The notes below the pieces were generated by a model. The model searched no databases. It saw only the letters and a list, made by a program, of their open reading frames with translations, and was not told the DNA's origin. A stretch of DNA of 64,000 bases, from the sequence record PP496444.1, one strand, 5' to 3'. The stretch's first letter is position 1; each line of letters opens with the position of its first letter. Position numbers and translations under genes: made by a program. Below, in pieces: positions 55,906 through 64,000 of the stretch.

Positions 55906-56829
55906 ATGACCAAAAGTACCGCAGCTAACCAGAAACAAGTGAAAGAAGTAGTTAGCTCACCGAAGCCGTTCAACACAAAGCTAGAGCTGTATGTAGAAGA
56001 TCATTTGTATTTCGACACGAAGAAACCGTCGATCAAGGCGTCTTTCTCCGAGCTGGGGTTGCAGCCATTCGCTAAGGCACCGTCCAAGGGGTTCATCCCC
56101 AATCTGTCTAAGCTGGCACGTTCCACCAATGGTCCCGAACTGTTCCAACACCTCGGTTCCCTTACTCAGAACCTAGACGCCAGCCAACTCCGGCTGCTGT
56201 CCGTGGTGTTCAACAACATGGCGAAGATGGAAGCCCATGGCTTGACGTTCGGCCAGAAGGTGTACGTCAACGTTTCAAGTCCGCGCATCGAGTTCATCGA
56301 GTGTTATGCCGAGGCCATTGTCATTGGCGTCGAGTCGGAACATCCAGAGTCCCCGGTGTTCCTGAGCGTAGCCTTCGACAAGATGGCGGCAGATGCTCCA
56401 ATGTGTTGGTCGATGCCCACCAGTTCGTTCCTGACAGAGCGTCAGTTCCGGCTGCTGCGCAAGAGGCTGCGTGCGGAAGGCAAGACCAATGTACCGGACA
56501 AGATCCGCAAGGAACACTTGTGCTGGGAACGTGAGAACTTCGGTAAGCCGTCGAACCGGCTGTCCGTTGATGAGACCGTTCAAACCATCGATACCGTCTC
56601 GGAGGATTGGCTGAACAGCAACGTCCTCTCCCTGCTCGATCCGTACGTGGACCCGGCAGCACTGGAAGAGACCGAAGTGGCCGATGTCGAAGTGGTTGAA
56701 GAGAAGAAGACACGTACCCGTGGCCCACGGAACCGTCGAGCAGAAGATAAGCAGACGCTAAGCCAAACTAAGGTCAAGTCGTCTGGTTCAGTGAAGATGA
56801 ATAACAACAGCATCTCCATCAATCACTGA
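55906..56829 (+). CDS. Hypothetical protein
   Basis: Long co-oriented ORF. Confidence 0.7.
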   Translation: MTKSTAANQKQVKEVVSSPKPFNTKLELYVEDHLYFDTKKPSIKASFSELGLQPFAKAPSKGFIPNLSKLARSTNGPELFQHLGSLTQNLDASQLRLLSVVFNNMAKMEAHGLTFGQKVYVNVSSPRIEFIECYAEAIVIGVESEHPESPVFLSVAFDKMAADAPMCWSMPTSSFLTERQFRLLRKRLRAEGKTNVPDKIRKEHLCWERENFGKPSNRLSVDETVQTIDTVSEDWLNSNVLSLLDPYVDPAALEETEVADVEVVEEKKTRTRGPRNRRAEDKQTLSQTKVKSSGSVKMNNNSISINH

Positions 56830-56876
56830 TACTGATCCGCTACATACCTTCAGTTTACTAACCGAGACTCTGATAC

Positions 56877-57956
56877 ATGAAGATTACAAATGTGCATTCC
56901 ACCCTACTCAACCTCGGAGTTAGCCGACCACTGCTGGAGCAAGCAGTTCAGGTTACGTTGAGTGCGTTGATGCGATTGATCTCAGTTGACGCGTACTGCA
57001 AGAAGATGAAGAAGGACTTCGGTATCGTGATGAACACCCAAGTGTTCAACGACACCTTCGACAACGGCTACTATCTGAAACACCTAAAGTTGTACCTGGC
57101 ATGGTGCATCGGCAAGAACTTGACGGACAGCATCGACATCCGCCGTGCAGGTCGCCAATTTGAACTCGATGCCAGAGACCGCCAGCTGGTCAAGCTGATG
57201 AAACCCGTGGACCGCAAGATGGTGCTGAGCAAGATCAACCCGGAAGTCGAACTGTACTCGTCACCCAAGGTGATGGACATCAAGATCGGTGCGGCCATTG
57301 ACTCGCTGACAGACCACATCGGCAAGTTCACCAACAAGAAGTTGACCTTCACCACGAAGGGCACGGGTCGGGACAAGGATGACGTGCACAGCGATCTGCG
57401 CATCGCCGCGATACGTGCCGCCTACAAGACCTACCCGTTCCAGTTGTGTGACTTGCATCTGATCAACTCGATGAAGTCTGCCATCCACAACGTCGGCATC
57501 AATCTGATCCAGTCGGCCACGACCAAGAGTCGTCAAGTGATGGTCAAGGAAGACGATGACTTCATCATGCTCCGTGAGAACTTCGACTTCTACGGCAGTC
57601 ACAACGACGTGGCGTCGGTGGTCAGTAGTTGCGGGCTGGACGGGGGCGCCGCAGGAGCCGAAGGCGGGTGTTCCACGACCGACAGCATCACATATCACCA
57701 GCTGCTGTCCCAAGTCAAAGGCCGGGCCGCACAGTTCCTTGTCATGCTGGCCGGTCACTACTCCGAAAGGTTCTCGGCGTACTTGCGACAGATCGGCATC
57801 AACAAAGACAACGATGAGTGGTCGCAATCAGTTCTCACCGGTCGGCGCACTTCGATCCAGCGCTACTGTGAGATCATTGCAGACTACTGTAAAGTCCCAC
57901 ACGACATCGCCAACAAACTGCTAGCAGGTTATCGCCAGCAGATGGCTGCAATGTAA
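56877..57956 (+). CDS. Putative sigma-factor-like transcription regulator
   Basis: DKDDVHSDLRIAAIRAAYK...SMKSAIHNVGINLI resembles sigma70 region 2; helical C-terminus could be an HTH. Confidence 0.4.
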   Translation: MKITNVHSTLLNLGVSRPLLEQAVQVTLSALMRLISVDAYCKKMKKDFGIVMNTQVFNDTFDNGYYLKHLKLYLAWCIGKNLTDSIDIRRAGRQFELDARDRQLVKLMKPVDRKMVLSKINPEVELYSSPKVMDIKIGAAIDSLTDHIGKFTNKKLTFTTKGTGRDKDDVHSDLRIAAIRAAYKTYPFQLCDLHLINSMKSAIHNVGINLIQSATTKSRQVMVKEDDDFIMLRENFDFYGSHNDVASVVSSCGLDGGAAGAEGGCSTTDSITYHQLLSQVKGRAAQFLVMLAGHYSERFSAYLRQIGINKDNDEWSQSVLTGRRTSIQRYCEIIADYCKVPHDIANKLLAGYRQQMAAM

Positions 57957-57967
57957 GGAGAGCTGTC

Positions 57968-58183
57968 ATGCCCCGTATTCAACTGTACAAAGCACAGAGT
58001 GACTGGTTCAACGGTCTGAAGTTCGCTGAGCGTCTTTACATCAGCGATGGCTATACGCTGGATGAGGTTGAGTCCCGCCTTGTCTCAGAACGAGTTCGCA
58101 TCCTGCGGAATGCAGAGTACCTACGGGGCGTTGACGACTATCTTGGATATGCCCGTGAGAAGCTCCGGGCTGTTCACCACTAA
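57968..58183 (+). CDS. Small hypothetical protein
   Basis: AAGGAG RBS. Confidence 0.65.
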   Translation: MPRIQLYKAQSDWFNGLKFAERLYISDGYTLDEVESRLVSERVRILRNAEYLRGVDDYLGYAREKLRAVHH

Positions 58184-58199
58184 TCAAGAGGAAATGACC

Positions 58200-58337
58200 A
58201 TGCGTCGAGCACAGCGTACCTCGCAAGGCTTTAAGAACGGCTCCCACAATCGCAAGATGAAGGATCACCGTAAACAACTCAACCAACCTCAGACCGACGT
58301 ACCAAAGGTTTGGGAAGCACTGGCAGAACTGGCATGA
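58200..58337 (+). CDS. Small basic hypothetical protein
   Basis: GAGGA RBS upstream; ATGA overlap with the kinase. Confidence 0.45.
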   Translation: MRRAQRTSQGFKNGSHNRKMKDHRKQLNQPQTDVPKVWEALAELA

Positions 58338-59023
58338 ACGACTACACACTGATCGTAATCTCGGGCACTCACCGCACCGGCAAGACCACGCTGATGGAGG
58401 AGTTCATCAAGCAGAACCCGGAGTTCCAGATGCTACCGTTCACCGTGACCAACGTCTGGCATGAAGTGTTCGGTAACCGTCCGTATACCATGGATCTTCC
58501 CGCGGCAGATCGCGTGCTGTTCCAATACGGGCTGCTCAACGCATGGACTCTCTGTGTGATGGACCACGTGGCTCAAGGCGGTAAGTGGATCATTGACCGA
58601 GGTCCACTCGACTTCGCCAGCTATATGCGTCTGACCCTGATCGACTGCATGAGCCACGAAGTCAACCTGCAAGCTGAGCACTTCGTAACTAACTGCATTC
58701 AGGCCACGGCCAGCCTTATCAGCTACGAGATCTTGGTCAGTCCTGCGCTGCACCGTATCAATGGTGAGATGGTAGAAGATGACATCACGAAGCTCACTGG
58801 CAAGGTGGGGCTGATGAACCAGACGGTGTTCCACTCCATCCTGCGTGACGTGGCGCAAGACACCCTTCGGTCCAGCATCTGCAGTGGCTACTCCGTCGGT
58901 CAACTGATCAACCTGCAGGAACTGCCGTCCAACATCCTTGATCTGCAGGATCGGGTCAACTGGCTGCGGGAGGTGATTGATGCCAAGTCAAAAGGAAAGG
59001 CCCGCCTACAGCCAACCGGCTAA
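58334..59023 (+). CDS. P-loop nucleotide (NMP/thymidylate) kinase-like protein
   Basis: IVISGTHRTGKTT, WIIDRGPLD. Confidence 0.75.
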   Translation: MNDYTLIVISGTHRTGKTTLMEEFIKQNPEFQMLPFTVTNVWHEVFGNRPYTMDLPAADRVLFQYGLLNAWTLCVMDHVAQGGKWIIDRGPLDFASYMRLTLIDCMSHEVNLQAEHFVTNCIQATASLISYEILVSPALHRINGEMVEDDITKLTGKVGLMNQTVFHSILRDVAQDTLRSSICSGYSVGQLINLQELPSNILDLQDRVNWLREVIDAKSKGKARLQPTG

Positions 59024-60593
59024 GGCTTTCTCCGTCGGCTTCCGGCTACTGGGACGCCCATGGTGGGAACCTGTCAACGCCAAGCATCGGTTCGCCACGG
59101 TCAATCTGCCGAACGCCGCGCTGACGCTGTACATGACAGACACCATGGGTGGCACCCAACTGAGCGTGACCACTCGTCTGAGTCGCCGCACTTCCAAACT
59201 AGAGAAGAAGCCCAAAGCTGCGTATATCAATCTGGGCCACTTCCTCGACTACCAACATGCCAGCAAGGCAGCGCTCGGGAAGCTCAAACAGTTTCTCGAC
59301 AATCACCCGGAGCACTGTGTCATGCCTGAAGTCAACACCGCAGCAAAGCTGAACATCACACTGGATCAGATGAAGTCGGTACTCGACGCTGCCGGGGTGA
59401 AAGAGCATACCGCTGATACTCTGTGCCGAGTGTTCCTGCCGGTCCCGATCAAAGGTGACCCGGACGATGGGAAGTCCAAACTCTCCATCGCGCTGGCTAA
59501 GCTGACCGACGACATCGATGCGATCTACGCGATGTTCGACGCCACCTTTCCTATTCATTTCACCGCCATGGACTTCTTTCAGGCGGACGTGGCCTTCCAG
59601 AAGTTGATGCGACTGATCAACTTGAAAGCCAGCGATCTCGAATCGGGCGGCGAAGAGATAAGCAAGTCAATCGAAAGGCTTGTCGTCAGCATGTGGCGAT
59701 TCAAGATTGACCCTGCACCCCATTTGCTGGCGCTGGGCATGGACCCCGACCAATCCACGGTGCTTGCCACCGGGAAGAAGTTGGAGGACGTGTACCAAGG
59801 TGATCCTGATTTCCTAAAGATGGATGACCAGCAAGAGCCTAGCCGGTCGGAGTCCTTTGCCCGGTACATGCGGGAGAGCATGAAGGAGAATGGCCGGATC
59901 AAGTGGGGTTCAACTGACCTTAAACGCTACCTTAAAGGTTTGGGGTTACATATCCGTATGATCTTTAGCGACCCTGACAAGACCCCCTACGTAAAACGAT
60001 CCGTGTTCGTATGTGATCTTACCCAAGTAAGTATCCCAGAATTGGTAGAGGCTGGCGTCCTGTACCCATCTGATGGCGCTCCGGTCTCCGCGTACCGAGC
60101 ATTCAACAGTGAGACGTGGAAATATCAGGGCCGAGGGAGTTCATACCTAGTAATCCAGAAAGACACATGGGACTTCCTCACTGCAAAGGGTCTACAGGCG
60201 CTGGGCATCGATCCCTCAGACATTCCATCCATGGGTGCTCCAACAAAAGAAGAGGGCAAAGCTGCCCACGTACTGGATGGGTATGTAACTCCAGAGAATG
60301 GAGAGTGGCCGGAAGCAGTTACCGAATACCTGATCGGCTTGGGGTTTGAAAAGAAGGGGTATGCACACGCCGGAACTGAATGCTATGTTATGCGTCAGCC
60401 ATCCGGGATGAGCAAGAACGAGTTCATCCGCAATCTGGTTGATTCCAACGTAATCCAGGTTACCGGTTCGGGGAACTATGCCAAGATACGTGCATTCACC
60501 GACGGTTTCAAATCTAAGGTGTATAAATCAGACTTCGATGAGTACCTGATCCTGTACGTGGACAACTGGCAGACGTCCTCCACGGCGAGCTGA
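58977..60593 (+). CDS. Hypothetical protein with a duplicated C-terminal domain
   Basis: Two copies of YL.GLG...LV...V...RAF...YL.I..D.W. Confidence 0.65.
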   Translation: MMPSQKERPAYSQPAKAFSVGFRLLGRPWWEPVNAKHRFATVNLPNAALTLYMTDTMGGTQLSVTTRLSRRTSKLEKKPKAAYINLGHFLDYQHASKAALGKLKQFLDNHPEHCVMPEVNTAAKLNITLDQMKSVLDAAGVKEHTADTLCRVFLPVPIKGDPDDGKSKLSIALAKLTDDIDAIYAMFDATFPIHFTAMDFFQADVAFQKLMRLINLKASDLESGGEEISKSIERLVVSMWRFKIDPAPHLLALGMDPDQSTVLATGKKLEDVYQGDPDFLKMDDQQEPSRSESFARYMRESMKENGRIKWGSTDLKRYLKGLGLHIRMIFSDPDKTPYVKRSVFVCDLTQVSIPELVEAGVLYPSDGAPVSAYRAFNSETWKYQGRGSSYLVIQKDTWDFLTAKGLQALGIDPSDIPSMGAPTKEEGKAAHVLDGYVTPENGEWPEAVTEYLIGLGFEKKGYAHAGTECYVMRQPSGMSKNEFIRNLVDSNVIQVTGSGNYAKIRAFTDGFKSKVYKSDFDEYLILYVDNWQTSSTAS

Positions 60594-60604
60594 CCGAGTA
60601 ACCA

Positions 60605-60634
60605 GAGCCCTGTGCCAGTATGGACGGGGCTTTT
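60605..60634 (+). terminator. Intrinsic terminator
   Basis: AGCCC...GGGGCTTTT. Confidence 0.6.
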
Positions 60635-60652
60635 CACATCTGAAAATAAAAG

Positions 60653-60682
60653 TTGCACGCCGTACTGCCCATGTGCTATACT
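60653..60682 (+). promoter_or_regulatory. Sigma70-type early promoter with UP element
   Basis: AAAATAAAAG then TTGCAC-18 nt-TATACT. Confidence 0.7.
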
Positions 60683-60728
60683 GGAATCACGGGAACTCCC
60701 CGCCACTATCCCACTGAGGAAACACGCC

Positions 60729-60989
60729 ATGACTACCCTCCAGATGACCGACACTCGCCCCGTCCAGTACAAGATCGCCGTGATCGCATTTATCCTGTGC
60801 ACTGCGGTCGGTGTCATTCTCGGGATGCACCATTTCTTCTGGCTGCTGACCATGTGGTTCACGCCGCCAGGTATCGTTGACTACTCGTCGCCGTTCGTCT
60901 TCGGGTATGCCAGCGTCACGGTTCCTGTGATGATCGTTGCCGCCATGCTCGCCACCTTCCTGTGGCAGCTGATCGACGTGGAGGCTTAA
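60729..60989 (+). CDS. Small two-TM membrane protein
   Basis: GAGGA RBS; two hydrophobic segments. Confidence 0.65.
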   Translation: MTTLQMTDTRPVQYKIAVIAFILCTAVGVILGMHHFFWLLTMWFTPPGIVDYSSPFVFGYASVTVPVMIVAAMLATFLWQLIDVEA

Positions 60990-60991
60990 TC

Positions 60992-61336
60992 ATGGGCCAT
61001 CGCAGCAAGTTCCCATCGCTGGACAAGCAGGCACGTGAACTGGAAGCCATGCGCAAGTATCTGGGCTTGGGTACATCGGTCGTCACGCCGTTGGTCGAAC
61101 AGAATCTGGTTCCGGTCACATCGGTCAAGCGGGCAGGCTGGAACGTGAGCATGTGGATCATGCCGAAAGATGGATACATCCCGGAGTATCTGGAAGTGTT
61201 CATCACCCTCATGGACAGACAGCTGGCATGGGACTCGGCGGTCCAGTCGATACCCAAGACACACAAGCTGCACTTCGTCGTTGACTGCATCTACGTTTAC
61301 GAAGTCAAGGAATGGCACCCGGAGTCATCGCGATGA
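60992..61336 (+). CDS. Hypothetical protein
   Basis: GGAGG RBS. Confidence 0.65.
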   Translation: MGHRSKFPSLDKQARELEAMRKYLGLGTSVVTPLVEQNLVPVTSVKRAGWNVSMWIMPKDGYIPEYLEVFITLMDRQLAWDSAVQSIPKTHKLHFVVDCIYVYEVKEWHPESSR

Positions 61337-61587
61337 ACGCTAAAGAAAGAGCAGCACCGAAGTTCGTGATCAAGAAAGATGGCAAGTATCACGCTGGTTC
61401 TTCCTACGCTACGGGGTACGGGTACAGCAACAGCTGGAGCAAGACGATAGAGGGTGCACGAATCTTCGTACCCGCCAATTTCCGCATTAACAGTGACGCC
61501 GGTGCGCTTGAGAACACAGCTGCCCGGCTCAAAGGTAAGATCATCCAAGTGATCCTGACACCAGCTAACCGATACATCGAGGTGTGA
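61333..61587 (+). CDS. Hypothetical protein
   Basis: ATGA overlap with the upstream gene. Confidence 0.6.
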   Translation: MNAKERAAPKFVIKKDGKYHAGSSYATGYGYSNSWSKTIEGARIFVPANFRINSDAGALENTAARLKGKIIQVILTPANRYIEV

Positions 61588-61588
61588 C

Positions 61589-62023
61589 ATGCAACTGACC
61601 CAACAGAAGGTAGCCAATCAGCAACTTACAGACCGTGAGCGGGAATACTGCGTCAACCGGCTCAAGGGATACCGCAACGAGATCAAAACGCTGCGGGTGT
61701 GGGAACGCAGCGACAAGATGAAGCGCCCAACCCGTGCCGCATCTCTTCGGGCACAACGTGCCAAAGACATTCAGCGTGCCATCTTCTACCGGGGCATCCT
61801 GCGCGGCACCGTCACACCGCCACGTGCCAATCTCGGTCAGAACCGCTTCATCGTTCCGGCCATCCCGGAAGGTTACACCATCAAGTGCACCCGCACTGGA
61901 GAGTGGAGTTGGGAATCCATCTTGGCTCCTGAGTCACACAGCAAGTCCGGCTTCGACATCTACTCGGAAGCGCTTAAAGATTGCGTCCGGGCACAGGGTG
62001 AAGAATACTCCGTCGCCTACTGA
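61589..62023 (+). CDS. Basic hypothetical protein
   Basis: GAGGT RBS; followed by a terminator. Confidence 0.65.
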   Translation: MQLTQQKVANQQLTDREREYCVNRLKGYRNEIKTLRVWERSDKMKRPTRAASLRAQRAKDIQRAIFYRGILRGTVTPPRANLGQNRFIVPAIPEGYTIKCTRTGEWSWESILAPESHSKSGFDIYSEALKDCVRAQGEEYSVAY

Positions 62024-62030
62024 GATACAC

Positions 62031-62063
62031 AAAGCCCATGCGGTTTCGGCCCATGGGCTTTTT
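62031..62063 (+). terminator. Intrinsic terminator
   Basis: AAAGCCCATG-loop-CATGGGCTTTTT. Confidence 0.85.
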
Positions 62064-62104
62064 CCTCTTTGTAAATAACCGTACAACCCAACGAGGTAAC
62101 TGCT

Positions 62105-62581
62105 ATGAACTCTCTAACCGAACTGCTGACTGCATCTCCGTGGTATCTCATGGTCCCCGCATGGGTGGTCGTTCTGGCCATTGGCTGGGTCGTCATGTGG
62201 ATCATCTGGAACGTGGTGCTTCGCTTCCTCAAGTGCTATGCCAGGGGATTCAGCTTGGGGCTGATGAAGGCCTATATAGCCGTAAGGTCGGGTGCGCCGA
62301 TCCAGTACGTCCTGTATTACGTCTTCATTGAAACCATCTTCGTCGGCCCGTTCCATTTTGTCCGTGAGGAAATGTTCTCTGGTGTTCATTACTCCAGCAT
62401 GACTCTGTCCTACGGCGGTACATGGTCCGGTATCTTCCAGTGGTACATCAGAAAAGGTATGACCCGCAACAGCTGGAACGAATGGGAGGCAGAGCGAGTG
62501 GCGAACAAAGCCAAACAAGCAGAGATGAATCGCCGCAACCGCGAAGAATATCTGCGTGATCCTGACAACTACGACTTGTGA
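62105..62581 (+). CDS. Membrane-anchored hypothetical protein
   Basis: N-terminal hydrophobic helix; GAGGT RBS. Confidence 0.65.
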   Translation: MNSLTELLTASPWYLMVPAWVVVLAIGWVVMWIIWNVVLRFLKCYARGFSLGLMKAYIAVRSGAPIQYVLYYVFIETIFVGPFHFVREEMFSGVHYSSMTLSYGGTWSGIFQWYIRKGMTRNSWNEWEAERVANKAKQAEMNRRNREEYLRDPDNYDL

Positions 62582-62590
62582 GACCGCCCC

Positions 62591-62941
62591 ATGAATATCT
62601 CCTACCGCACTATCAGCTTCTCAACCCGCTTCCCCGACAGCGGCGGGCCAATCAAGTTCTACTTCCTTGTGGTTGGCAAGGTCACCCGCGCTGACTTCAC
62701 TGTAAGGTTCACCTACGAGTGCAAGCGCAACCGTGTGCGCCCAACTCTGAAGTTCCATAACAGTGTGTTCCTCGGACTGGACGAGCAGGGATTACCTACG
62801 GGAGCCGAGCTAGATCCCGCTGAGGAACTGAGACTCCAGAACATGTTCACGGAGCTGGCGCGTGAGATCAAGCTGCAAGTCACCCAGCGACTCAAGCAAG
62901 AGCTGCTGGAACACGTCAACGCTATCGAGATCCCTGAGTGA
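62591..62941 (+). CDS. Hypothetical protein
   Basis: Co-oriented, overlaps the next gene. Confidence 0.6.
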   Translation: MNISYRTISFSTRFPDSGGPIKFYFLVVGKVTRADFTVRFTYECKRNRVRPTLKFHNSVFLGLDEQGLPTGAELDPAEELRLQNMFTELAREIKLQVTQRLKQELLEHVNAIEIPE

Positions 62942-63615
62942 ATATATTCTTCGTCCACGCTGATCCTGTTATTGCCGCAAGCATGCTCTGCGACCAGCAT
63001 GTGACCAAGATGATCACCGAGTCTATCCAGATGCTATGCACGGCGCACCACCACTTCGGCAACCACGAGGTACCGTACGAGCCGATGAATCCGAACCATC
63101 GGTGCAACATCTGGGTCCGGGAGTCCACTGAGAACTATCGGTGGCTATGGCGGCATGCCCATGCGCTGGCACTGGTGGCGGCGGGGCGCTATGGGGCTGT
63201 ACGCTCGCAGGCGGTGACTTTGCTGTCCCGGCTCATCGATGCCCCGGCTGGCGTCGAACGTGGCGCCTTGACGCTCCCAGCGGCTGCTATCAGTGAGCCG
63301 CCCGGTTCCCCAATCCCACCGGAGTACTTTCAAGCATGGCGGGAGAGTGTGGTATGCTTCGAGTCTGCTGTCCGTGCTTATCGCCAATTCTATGTTCAAC
63401 AGAAGTCGGTGTTCGCTCGCTGGTCTGGTTCGGCACCCGCATGGTACATCCAAGGTCTGAGGCAGTACAGACTGACGCATCGACTTCGTGAACGAGACCC
63501 TGAAAGACCGTGGCCCCGAGGAATGACCAAACCGGACACCTCCGTGCAGTTCAGGTCTCACCCTACCCTAAGTGATTGGAGGCACTTCCCTAACCAACAA
63601 GAGGACCTTGTATGA
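62938..63615 (+). CDS. Pyrimidine-dimer DNA glycosylase (DenV/endonuclease V family)-like protein
   Basis: MNIF....DP..AA..LCDQHV.KMITES.QMLCTAH, NH.C.IWVRES..NY.WL..H. Confidence 0.8.
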   Translation: MNIFFVHADPVIAASMLCDQHVTKMITESIQMLCTAHHHFGNHEVPYEPMNPNHRCNIWVRESTENYRWLWRHAHALALVAAGRYGAVRSQAVTLLSRLIDAPAGVERGALTLPAAAISEPPGSPIPPEYFQAWRESVVCFESAVRAYRQFYVQQKSVFARWSGSAPAWYIQGLRQYRLTHRLRERDPERPWPRGMTKPDTSVQFRSHPTLSDWRHFPNQQEDLV

Positions 63616-63887
63616 CTACCCCGTTGACTGACGCTGAACTCCAGATGCTGGTTACTGCTGCACGTGACCAGATGGCTGACGTGATCACCAGACATTTGCG
63701 CACCGTACTGATGCCCCAGCATACCGGAACTGAGAAGGAGCAAGCCCGCATCGTGGCAGATGACTGTGGTATCGATCTGATCCACATCGTGTTCCTGCTG
63801 GGTGGAGACTCGGCCAAGCTGTCCACGCACAAGCTGCTTGAGATAGCGATACGCATGCGACTGCGCCCCGTGTTCACCCTCACCTGA
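63612..63887 (+). CDS. Hypothetical protein
   Basis: GAGGA RBS; followed by a terminator. Confidence 0.65.
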   Translation: MTTPLTDAELQMLVTAARDQMADVITRHLRTVLMPQHTGTEKEQARIVADDCGIDLIHIVFLLGGDSAKLSTHKLLEIAIRMRLRPVFTLT

Positions 63888-63903
63888 TACACAGCGTCAC
63901 AAC

Positions 63904-63938
63904 AACCCCGCCCGGCCCTACGCTGCGCGGGGTTTTTT
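63904..63938 (+). terminator. Intrinsic terminator
   Basis: AACCCCGC-loop-GCGGGGTTTTTT. Confidence 0.8.
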
Positions 63939-64000
63939 CGTCTTCGTCATACGCTTTCACTCTGGTAAATAGCACGCATGAAAGTCCCCGTTTTTGAAGA

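Noticed and set aside
1-64000. tRNA/rRNA genes, integrase, transposase, introns or inteins
   Set aside because: No cloverleaf with T-loop/CCA seen in the intergenic gaps, no recombinase motifs, and no interrupted conserved genes seen by eye; tRNAscan/Infernal would be decisive

Overview
This 64-kb window is part of a large lytic (jumbo-type) myovirus genome. It is densely coding and moderately GC-rich, and I saw no integrase, tRNA, rRNA or CRISPR array. The gene types and layout recall Lu11/PaBG/RSL1-like phages, but that is inference and was not searched. From left to right: (1) 1-8950 (-): NAD-dependent DNA ligase, an Acb1/T4 57B-like 2H phosphoesterase and probable virion/neck genes. (2) 9076-10896 (+): RuvC-like resolvase plus two unknowns. 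(3) 11144-18944 (-): tail tube, a tail sheath carrying four inserted repeats, major capsid, decoration and scaffold-like genes. (4) A SWIM gene, then a compositionally distinct 1010-aa PolA/TV-Pol-like polymerase next to an origin-like repeat and hairpin region (19928-23570). (5) Sigma70-driven small early ORFs, RNase H and a UvrD helicase (-). (6) A LigA paralog that appears catalytically dead, followed by a tightly packed ~12-kb biosynthetic-type cluster (34005-45987): 2 QueC-family ATPases, a Gly-rich ORF, 4 Fem/BioF2-like GNATs, a PurD-like ATP-grasp ligase, 2 SAM methyltransferases and a lysine 2,3-aminomutase. This cluster is the best candidate for an undescribed system. (7) Type IIA topoisomerase B and A genes, a J-domain protein, HAD phosphatase, HNH, a sigma-like factor, NMP kinase, a DenV-like glycosylase and many small unknown ORFs. 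A GTAAAT motif recurs upstream of non-early genes. All assignments are by-eye motif recognition; no database searches were run.
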